This document shows positions 17,848-24,866 of a stretch of 48,598 bases of DNA, piece after piece. The stretch comes from a virus (taxonomy: Duplodnaviria; Caudoviricetes). The DNA lies in the IMG/VR virus record IMGVR_UViG_3300037419_002256, positions 1 through 48,598 of that record; one strand, written 5' to 3'. The notes below the pieces were generated by a model. It was not told where the DNA came from and ran no database searches. It saw nothing but the letters and a program-made list of their open reading frames with translations. Position numbers and translations under genes: made by a program. Each line of letters begins with the position of its first letter. Positions within the stretch are counted from its first letter, which is position 1.

Positions 17848-18244
17848 CGGCACCGCGGCCGAGGAGGCTTTCGAGAAGCTGATCAAGGCCGACGATCTCT
17901 ACCGTTTCCCCGACCAGAAGATGCTCCGCGGTTTGAACGGCGGGCGTGCGGTCGGGGACTTCCCGAAACCCAGCGACTACCTCGTCACCAAGTGCCGTGA
18001 GACCTTCTACGCGGAGGTCAAGTCCTGCCAGTCGGCGACGAGCTTTCCGTTCGCCGACATCCGGCCGGCGCAGCGCGCGAAGGCGCTGAGGATGGCCGCG
18101 ATCGGTGGTCGCTACGACTTCTACATCTTCTCCTACGGGCGCGGGCAATGGTTCCTGATGACCGAGGAGTTGTTCGCTCTCGCCGTGAACGCGGGAGCCA
18201 AGTCCATCAAATTTGAGGAGCTACCTGAATGGAAACCATCCTGA
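17828..18244 (+). CDS. PD-(D/E)XK nuclease, RecU-like Holliday junction resolvase
   Basis: AEEAFE...KPSDYLV...YAEVKS...IRPAQ. Confidence 0.75.
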   Translation: MAPRKNDGTAAEEAFEKLIKADDLYRFPDQKMLRGLNGGRAVGDFPKPSDYLVTKCRETFYAEVKSCQSATSFPFADIRPAQRAKALRMAAIGGRYDFYIFSYGRGQWFLMTEELFALAVNAGAKSIKFEELPEWKPS

Positions 18245-18627
18245 CCCTGGATGAGGTGTTCGCCGTGATCGGCGGCGAACGCGAATATCAAGACACGCTC
18301 GCCCTCACCAGCGAGACCGACGGCTATCACACGCCGACCGAATATCTGCTCTACATCGACGATTACCTCCGTGAGGCGAAGACGGTCGCGTCGCGCACCT
18401 GGGGCGTCGAAGCCACACCGAAGATCCTCGATCTGGTCCGCAAGATCACGGCCCTCGGTGTCGCCTGCATGGAGCAGAACGGTGCGGTCGAGCGCAGCTT
18501 CAAGATCCGGCTGCTCAAGGATTTCGGGCACCACCCGGCCGGCGAAGAGCTCACAGTCGGGAGCGGGGTTTCCTTGTTTGAAGCTCGCCAGTTCGTTCAA
18601 AATGGCTCGGCCGAGGTCGTGCGCTGA
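18229..18627 (+). CDS. MazG-like helical protein with a small C-terminal beta domain
   Basis: EREYQD...EYLLYIDDYLREA...VRKITALGVACMEQNG, then KIRLLKDFGHHPAGEELTV. Confidence 0.45.
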   Translation: METILTLDEVFAVIGGEREYQDTLALTSETDGYHTPTEYLLYIDDYLREAKTVASRTWGVEATPKILDLVRKITALGVACMEQNGAVERSFKIRLLKDFGHHPAGEELTVGSGVSLFEARQFVQNGSAEVVR

Positions 18628-19220
18628 TGAAGCTCACCGACCTGCTGTTCCCGGCCCGCCTCTCCGACGCGCCCATGACCGACGTCATGGTCGACATCGA
18701 GACGACGGGCACGGACCCCTACCACAACGCGATGATCCAGCTGGCAGCGATCCAGTTCAACTACGAGACGGGCGACATCGGCCCGACCTTCAATCGCAGC
18801 CTTGCGATGCCGGCCAATCGCTATTGGGACGAAAGCACTCGCCAGTGGTGGGGGCAGCAGAAGCCGGGGATCCTCCAGGGCATCGTGGCCAAGAGCGAAG
18901 AGCCGCAGCCGGTGGTCGAGGCGTTCCATCGCTACATCATCGACGCCGGCCGGCTCCGCTTCTGGAGCCGCGGCAGCTTCGACTGGTGGTTCATCCAGTC
19001 GTACATGGCGCAGTACAACCTGCCGATGCCGTTCGCCTTCCACCAGGCGCGCGACCTCCGCTCGTTCCAAGCCGGTCTCTTCGGCAAGCCCGACGAGCCC
19101 GACATGTCCTGGCTCACCCACCCGGGCGACGCGCACAACGCCCTCTACGACTGCGTCATCCAGCTGAAGCGCCTGTTCAGCGCACGGGACGGCGTCTTCT
19201 ACGAGGTGACGCCCGCGTGA
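18627..19220 (+). CDS. DEDDh 3'-5' exonuclease
   Basis: VDIETTG, SFDW, RDLRS, HNALYD. Confidence 0.85.
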   Translation: MKLTDLLFPARLSDAPMTDVMVDIETTGTDPYHNAMIQLAAIQFNYETGDIGPTFNRSLAMPANRYWDESTRQWWGQQKPGILQGIVAKSEEPQPVVEAFHRYIIDAGRLRFWSRGSFDWWFIQSYMAQYNLPMPFAFHQARDLRSFQAGLFGKPDEPDMSWLTHPGDAHNALYDCVIQLKRLFSARDGVFYEVTPA

Positions 19221-19843
19221 TCTATCTGGCCGCTGTCGCGCTCTTGATCGTCGCGGCGCTCACTTACCGCCACTTTCGCGATCGCATGCCGTCAGGCTGG
19301 ACCGCGATCACGGACGGTGACGATTACGGGACCAAGGTCGAGCCCGACGGCTCGTTCGACTTTCCGGTGGCGCCGAACAGCGTCCACTACGTCACGAGGG
19401 CGTGCGGTGACCTGAGCAAGGCCAAGGGCCTCCGGCTTCGCTATCGCCTCGAGGCCGACCCCGGCGTTCGATTTCTGCTGATGCAGGATGGAAAGCCCGC
19501 CCCGGGGACCGGTGGTGAGGATCCGGTGCTCTACTTCCAGCGCAAGGGCGACGACTGGAGCGGTGCCGGCAAGTTCGAAAGCTATCGCTGGTGGGCGACC
19601 TTCAACGGGATCAATGCCCTTGCCCCTGGCGAGTTCGAGATATTCGCGATGTTCAATGAGCGGTGGACTGCGGTCGAGCGCTCCAACGCATTCGACGATC
19701 CGGAAGACTTCAAGGACGCGCTCGAGAACGCCGATCGCGTCGGCTTCACCTTCCCCGGCGTGACCGGGTTCGGTCACGGCTGCTGCGCGACCGGCAAGGC
19801 TCGCTTCACCCTCATTGGCTTTGAGGTGATTTATGCTGATTGA
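19217..19843 (+). CDS. Membrane-anchored hypothetical protein
   Basis: GTG 19217 (GTGA overlap, GAGG SD); N-terminal TM IYLAAVALLIVAALTY followed by a beta-rich, Trp/Phe-rich domain. Confidence 0.6.
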   Translation: MIYLAAVALLIVAALTYRHFRDRMPSGWTAITDGDDYGTKVEPDGSFDFPVAPNSVHYVTRACGDLSKAKGLRLRYRLEADPGVRFLLMQDGKPAPGTGGEDPVLYFQRKGDDWSGAGKFESYRWWATFNGINALAPGEFEIFAMFNERWTAVERSNAFDDPEDFKDALENADRVGFTFPGVTGFGHGCCATGKARFTLIGFEVIYAD

Positions 19844-20807
19844 ACTCTCCTGTGACCAGCGCGTCTGGCACATGGGCGACCCCCATCTCGGGAAGCGCTT
19901 CGAGAACGGAGTGCCTCTCCACCGCCGCGGCGAGCGCGAAACTCGCCAATGGAGAAAGTTCAAGGACGAGCTCGCGGTCGACTGCGACATCAACATCTGC
20001 ATGGGCGATCTCTTCGATCACCCGCAGGTGTCCCTGTCTACTATAGTTGACGCGGCCGAGGCCTACGAGCTCGCCGCGATGCGCCGGCCGAAGACCCAGT
20101 TCTTCATCATGGCCGGCAATCACGACCGCAGCCGGCAGCTGGCGACGATCGGCGCCTGGGACCTTTTCAAGAAGATCCTGGCCGGCCGCTTCGATAACCT
20201 GTTCCTCGTCGACTACGTCGGCCAGGTCGAGACCCTCGCCTTCTTCCCCTGGGAGTGGGGCAAGCCGGTCGCCGACGCGCTCAACGAGCGGTTTCCCAAA
20301 CCGAATGTCGAGATCGAGCACGTCGTCCTTCACCACGACCTCGAGGCCTTCGGCGGTGACACCAGCTACATGGTGCCTGCCAAGCTGATCAAAGAGCGGT
20401 TCCCGAACTGTATCAGGATCGTCACCGGTCACTGGCACATCGAGGGCACCTACAAGATCGACGGGATCGACGTCGACTGCACCGGCTCGCTCGAGCCCTA
20501 TACCCACGCCGAGGATCCGAATGGCGAAATCTACAAGACGTTCAGCCTTGCTCAGCTCCGCGAGCAAGACCCCGCTTCCCTCAAGGACAAATGCGTCCGA
20601 GTTCTTCTCAGCGAGGGCGAGGAGCTCCCCGTCGATCTCGATTGCCTCCAGATCACTGGGAAGCGTCTTACTGCCCTCGAGGACGACGAACCCAGTGTCG
20701 CTCAAAAGCTCGGCGCCTTCGACTGGCAGAACATTCTCGACGAGCATCTTAAGGATGTCCCCGATTACGTCCGGGCCTTCATTGACGAGAGGCTGATCGT
20801 TTCCTGA
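19833..20807 (+). CDS. Mre11/SbcD-like metallophosphoesterase nuclease
   Basis: GDPHLG, GDLFD, AGNHD, HHD, GHWH, TGSL. Confidence 0.85.
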   Translation: MLIELSCDQRVWHMGDPHLGKRFENGVPLHRRGERETRQWRKFKDELAVDCDINICMGDLFDHPQVSLSTIVDAAEAYELAAMRRPKTQFFIMAGNHDRSRQLATIGAWDLFKKILAGRFDNLFLVDYVGQVETLAFFPWEWGKPVADALNERFPKPNVEIEHVVLHHDLEAFGGDTSYMVPAKLIKERFPNCIRIVTGHWHIEGTYKIDGIDVDCTGSLEPYTHAEDPNGEIYKTFSLAQLREQDPASLKDKCVRVLLSEGEELPVDLDCLQITGKRLTALEDDEPSVAQKLGAFDWQNILDEHLKDVPDYVRAFIDERLIVS

Positions 20808-20927
20808 TACCGCCCCCGGGCACTCCACCCAGCGCCAGCGCTGTGCTGGGACACAAAGCCCACGATGCTCACCGGGACGGGCGGGCCAGCATGCCGAGCA
20901 AATCGTGGGAACGCGCCGGAGGGGGTG

Positions 20928-20942
20928 AGTGACCAAGTCACT
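20928..20942. promoter_or_regulatory. Palindromic motif copy 6
   Basis: AGTGAC-CAA-GTCACT abutting TTGCCC...GCTATG promoter-like sequence upstream of gapR. Confidence 0.75.
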
Positions 20943-21010
20943 TGCCCCCTTCGAGATTCCGCTATGCGACTTCCTTCTTCAAACGGGACGCTCCACAGCA
21001 GGAGTACCCA

Positions 21011-21250
21011 ATGTCAGACGGAACCGTCGCCGCCGACCAGCTTCGCCTCTTCATCGAGCGCATCGAACGCCTCGAGGATGAGAAGAAGGGCATCGCCGAC
21101 GACATCAAGGACGTCTACGCCGAGGCGAAGGCCAACGGCTTCGACCCCAAAATCATGAAGCTCGTGATCAAGCTTCGCGCGATGGAAACCCATTCGCGCC
21201 AGGAGCAGGACGCGATCCTCGAGACCTACCGCGCCGCGGTCGGCGTTTAA
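21011..21250 (+). CDS. gapR: GapR-like nucleoid-associated protein (DUF2312)
   Basis: [44 protein letters not shown]; AGGAG SD. Confidence 0.9.
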   Translation: MSDGTVAADQLRLFIERIERLEDEKKGIADDIKDVYAEAKANGFDPKIMKLVIKLRAMETHSRQEQDAILETYRAAVGV

Positions 21251-21253
21251 CCC

Positions 21254-21448
21254 GTGACCGCGCCCGCGTCCTTCAAGGTGTCCGACCTGACTCGCGCTCT
21301 CAAGGGCGCGGTGAAGGCTGGCATGCCCGTCGCGCGGGCGCGGATCACGCCCGACGGCTCCATTGACATTATTTTCGGGGAAGCCGAGTCTCTGCCTCCA
21401 TCCGGGAAAATCAATCCGTTGGATCTCAAATATGGCACGAAAAGTTAG
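21254..21448 (+). CDS. Putative excisionase / recombination directionality factor
   Basis: Small basic protein (FKVSDLTRALKGAVKAG...ITPDGSIDI) immediately upstream of and overlapping the integrase. Confidence 0.55.
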   Translation: MTAPASFKVSDLTRALKGAVKAGMPVARARITPDGSIDIIFGEAESLPPSGKINPLDLKYGTKS

Positions 21449-22484
21449 GCTCGATAAGCACGTCAGTCGCTACGTCGATCGCCACGGGAAAGAGCGTTAC
21501 CGCTTCCGCCGCAAGGGCCGCACCGTCGCCCTCCCCCACCCCAGCCACCCGGATTACAAGGATTCCTACGCCGCCGCCCTGGCCGGCGTCAGCAACGACC
21601 CGCAGCGGATCGTCCCGCGCAGCGTCGAAGATCTCGTGCGCCGCTATTACCAGACCCCCGCCTGGCTCCAGGTGAGCGAGGTCCGCCGCGCCAACCTGCG
21701 GTCGGTGATCGAGCCGTTCCGTGAGGAGCATCGCGACATTCCAGTGTCGCTCTTCAATTTCCAGCACATCGAGGCGATCCTGATGGAGCGCGCGCTGCCG
21801 AAGGTCGTCGACGGCCGCAAGGCGGGCGGGCCTCATGCCGCCAAGCGGCTCCGCGGCCAGCTGGTGAAACTTTTCACGCTCGCCATGAAGCTGGGCTGGG
21901 TCCAGACCAACCCGGCCGAGCTCGCCGAGCGGGTCAAGGCCAAGACGAAGGGCTACCACACCTGGACTGAGGCCGAGGTCGAGCAGTTCCGCGCGACCCA
22001 CGCGGTCGGCACTACGGCGCGTGCCGCGATGGAGATCATGCTCTGGACCTTCCAGCGGCCAGGCGACGGTTATTTGTTCGGGCCGCAGCACCTCGAGGGC
22101 GACAAGGTCCGCTACACGCAGAAGAAGACCGGCAAGATGCTGCTGATCCCCGCCGCCGAGCCGATGCTCGATGCGATCCGCGCACTCAAGATGACGGGCG
22201 TCGATGCGTTCCTGCTCACCGAGTACGGCAAGCCGTTCAGCCGGCATGGCTTCGGCAACAAGTTCCGGAAGTGGTGCGACGCCGCGGGCCTCCCGCACTG
22301 CACAGCTCACGGCCTTCGAAAGGCCGCGGCCACTCGCCTGGCTAACCACGGCGCGACGAACCAGCAGCTCAAGGCAATGGGCGGTTGGTCGAACGACAAG
22401 CAGGTCGCGACGTACACTGCCGCGGCGGACCAAGAGCGGCTAGCCGAGGCCGCAATGGACCTTCTTTCGTTCCAGGCGAAGTAG
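21432..22484 (+). CDS. int: Tyrosine integrase
   Basis: N-terminal arm-binding DRHGKERYRFRR; catalytic R (QRPGD), K (QKKTG), HGLRK, GW, Y. Confidence 0.92.
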   Translation: MARKVRLDKHVSRYVDRHGKERYRFRRKGRTVALPHPSHPDYKDSYAAALAGVSNDPQRIVPRSVEDLVRRYYQTPAWLQVSEVRRANLRSVIEPFREEHRDIPVSLFNFQHIEAILMERALPKVVDGRKAGGPHAAKRLRGQLVKLFTLAMKLGWVQTNPAELAERVKAKTKGYHTWTEAEVEQFRATHAVGTTARAAMEIMLWTFQRPGDGYLFGPQHLEGDKVRYTQKKTGKMLLIPAAEPMLDAIRALKMTGVDAFLLTEYGKPFSRHGFGNKFRKWCDAAGLPHCTAHGLRKAAATRLANHGATNQQLKAMGGWSNDKQVATYTAAADQERLAEAAMDLLSFQAK

Positions 22485-22485
22485 C

Positions 22486-22673
22486 AAAATTGGCGAACCG
22501 GGGGATTGGTTCGCCAAATCGCATCTCCGAACCAACTGGAAAGACACGATAATTTTCAGAGGTGGTAGCGGAGGAGGGACTTGAATAAACTAGCGGGGTC
22601 AAGCACTTAGGATGGCGAACCTGCCCTCCAAACCCCATTTCGGCCCCATAGAGCCCGAAAAAATTGGCGAACC
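22486..22673. repeat. Integrase arm-type repeats flanking the attP core
   Basis: AAAATTGGCGAACC at 22486-22499 and 22660-22673, inverted GGTTCGCCAA at 22508-22517, TGGCGAACC at 22613-22621. Confidence 0.75.
22563..22585 (-). mobile_element. attP core identical in form to a tRNA 3' end (probably tRNA-Met)
   Basis: Reverse complement TTCAAGTCCCTCCTCCGCTACCA = T-loop, T-stem, acceptor strand and CCA. Confidence 0.8.
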
Positions 22674-22676
22674 TTT

Positions 22677-23336
22677 TCAGGCCTTCCAATCGCTGAAGCG
22701 GTATCCCGCCTCGACCAGCTGGCGGCGCGTCATCGGCTCGGCGTGGCCGTTGTCCAGATAGACTACTCGCCCGTTCGAAAGCCTGACCGCGAGCATGGCG
22801 TGGCCGTAACCGCCCACCGTCACAAAGACGACCTTCGTGTCGTTGATCACGTCCCAGCCCAGGCCCTCGAGATAGCCGAGCTTGGTGATGGCGTAGTCCT
22901 CGCAGTCGCCCTTGTTGTCCTTGGGATACTGAACCCAGAGGTCCTCGGAGCCGTAGTGGTCCTCGTCGTCCTCGTAGGTGATCATCGCGTTGACGAGCAT
23001 GTTGACGGCCGCGAGGCTCGAAAGCTCGTCGGAGCCTCGCGTCGGAGACGCCGCCGGCGTGTGCTGGACATGGTCGAGCTGGTTCTGCAGCTGGTCGACC
23101 CGCTGGTCGTTGCCGTTGATCGCGCGGGCGCCGAGAAAACCCAGCACCAGGATGAGCAGACCGAACACGGTCGACCCGCCCCAGGCCACGATCTTCTTGA
23201 GCTCGCCTACGCTCTTGTCCACTGCGCTGATCGACGTGTGGATGTGCGCGTAACGCTCGGCGCACAGATCCTCGTGCTTCTCGATCTTGATGTGGGCCGC
23301 GTCGGCGCGAGCCATGGCTTCGTTCGCCGTGCTCAT
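22677..23336 (-). CDS. Membrane-anchored BTLCP/LapG-like (C93) cysteine protease
   Basis: N-terminal coiled segment HEDLCAERY plus TM, then AVNMLVN...YEDD...YG..D.W, GDCEDYAITK, GHAML, LDN; ATGA coupling to o-spanin. Confidence 0.8.
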   Translation of the reverse strand: MSTANEAMARADAAHIKIEKHEDLCAERYAHIHTSISAVDKSVGELKKIVAWGGSTVFGLLILVLGFLGARAINGNDQRVDQLQNQLDHVQHTPAASPTRGSDELSSLAAVNMLVNAMITYEDDEDHYGSEDLWVQYPKDNKGDCEDYAITKLGYLEGLGWDVINDTKVVFVTVGGYGHAMLAVRLSNGRVVYLDNGHAEPMTRRQLVEAGYRFSDWKA

Positions 23337-23638
23337 TTCTGCTGGCACCTGTCGAGAGCAGCGTCAACCTGGTCGGCATAGCCGCCAGTGGCTTCGTACT
23401 TGCCGAGCTGGGCCTCGGTCTTGCCGTTACGCTCGACGACGCTGTCGGGCATGGGCGTGTCGCGCAGCGGCTTCGGCCGGGCCTGGCGAAGCTTCTCGCG
23501 CTCCTCGGCCGACGGGCACTCGACCCGCTTCTCGACGTATTGGATGACCGGCTTCTCGACCACCAGCGGCTCGCGCCCACACGCGGTCAGCAAGGCCATG
23601 ACGGCGCACAGCGCCATGAGTGCGAGGGTACGCTTCAC
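23333..23638 (-). CDS. o-spanin (Rz1-like lipoprotein)
   Basis: Lipobox LLTAC, Pro-containing, directly after the i-spanin. Confidence 0.7.
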   Translation of the reverse strand: MKRTLALMALCAVMALLTACGREPLVVEKPVIQYVEKRVECPSAEEREKLRQARPKPLRDTPMPDSVVERNGKTEAQLGKYEATGGYADQVDAALDRCQQK

Positions 23639-24096
23639 TTCCAGTCCTTCCATGCGGCTTTGGTGTCCTCGACCAGCAGCTGCCAGTCAGCCTCGAGGTT
23701 GCCGGTCGACTTGCGGGCCTCCAGCGCGGTGATCTGGTGCTGGGCCAGGGCGTACTTGGCGCGAAGGTCGTTCAACTGGCGCTCGAGTGCTGCGTCGTTG
23801 GCCTTCGATCGCTGGCCGGCTTCCAATGCCTCGCGGCTGATCTGAGCCAGGGCGTTGCCCCGGTTGTTGTTCGTCTCGACGGTCGTGTGGAGCGCCGTCA
23901 GCAACGTCGGACGGTCCTCCTTCTTCTGGTGGAGCTCGACGGCGATCTGGTGCCGGAACTCGCCGTCGGCCTTGCGAAGGTCGAGCAGGTGGCCGCGGGT
24001 GATCGCGAGCGCGACGCAAAGGGCCGAGATGACCAGGTAGGGCCAGAACTTCTTGAGCAGCTTCAGCCCCACCTCGAGTGCGGTCTCTTCGATCAT
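23635..24096 (-). CDS. i-spanin (Rz-like)
   Basis: Single N-terminal TM (FWPYLVISALCVALAI) and long coiled coil; in the lysis cassette. Confidence 0.7.
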   Translation of the reverse strand: MIEETALEVGLKLLKKFWPYLVISALCVALAITRGHLLDLRKADGEFRHQIAVELHQKKEDRPTLLTALHTTVETNNNRGNALAQISREALEAGQRSKANDAALERQLNDLRAKYALAQHQITALEARKSTGNLEADWQLLVEDTKAAWKDWK

Positions 24097-24299
24097 TTCT
24101 TGGGAGTCTCCGGATAGAAGACGGCGATGACGCCGAGCGCGATGATGAGGTAGGAGTAAGGCGCGGGCACGACGGCGCCGCCGGCGATCGCCGTGCAAAT
24201 GCCGCCCAGCGTCGACTTCTCGCCGAGGCGGGCCTTGATGTAGGCCAGCGTCTTCATGATGTAGACGTGGTCGGCCTTCAGCCGATCGAGCAGCTTCAC
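24093..24299 (-). CDS. Putative holin (2 TM)
   Basis: RLGEKSTLGG, two hydrophobic segments, basic tail; between endolysin and spanin. Confidence 0.6.
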   Translation of the reverse strand: MKLLDRLKADHVYIMKTLAYIKARLGEKSTLGGICTAIAGGAVVPAPYSYLIIALGVIAVFYPETPKK

Positions 24300-24802
24300 T
24301 TCTTCAATCCTTCCAGGCAGAGTTCGACTTCACCGAGCCGGGCCTTGTCGCCTTGGCGTCGGTTGAGGAGGCCCTGGTAGACATGGCCTCCGGAGAATTT
24401 GTACTTGAGCATCGCCCGGCACGACTGGACGTAGGCGCCCTGCTGGAACAGCCGAGCGACGCTCGAACCGTTGTAAGCGCCGAGACCGGTATTATATGCG
24501 AAGCTCGCGTGAGCGCCCCACGTCAGCGGGTAGTTCACGATGCGCGGATTCCTCCGCCGAACGCCGTCCCGGAAGTACGTCATCCGGATCTCGAACATCT
24601 TGTCGCACTCGGCGGTGGTGTAATGCCGCATCTTCACCTCGGTCTCGCCGCGGCAAACCGTCGGCTTGTCGCCCTTCACGGGGATGACGGGATCGTGCGT
24701 GAGACCTTCCCAAGTTCCGGCGATCGCGCAGGCAGCAGCAAGTGCGAGGGCCGGTCCCTTCAGCCCCTTCTTCTGCTCTGCTGAAAGTTCGCCTCGCTTC
24801 AC
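24296..24802 (-). CDS. Endolysin, GH24 lysozyme, possible SAR anchor
   Basis: WEG...PTVCRGET, SFAYNTG, SSV, C, GLLNRR; Ala-rich N-terminal hydrophobic stretch. Confidence 0.88.
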   Translation of the reverse strand: MKRGELSAEQKKGLKGPALALAAACAIAGTWEGLTHDPVIPVKGDKPTVCRGETEVKMRHYTTAECDKMFEIRMTYFRDGVRRRNPRIVNYPLTWGAHASFAYNTGLGAYNGSSVARLFQQGAYVQSCRAMLKYKFSGGHVYQGLLNRRQGDKARLGEVELCLEGLKK

Positions 24803-24803
24803 A

Positions 24804-24818
24804 AGTCACCTGGTCAGT
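24804..24818. promoter_or_regulatory. Degenerate palindromic motif copy 7
   Basis: AGTCAC-CTG-GTCAGT between the divergent endolysin and SbcC starts. Confidence 0.5.
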
Positions 24819-24866
24819 TGCCGCATTGAGGTTGCGGTGATGGCTCAGGCGCAATCAGGAGACCGT

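Noticed and set aside
22563-22585. Possible tRNA gene
   Set aside because: Only the 3' 23 nt are present, with no D or anticodon arm; interpreted as the attP core
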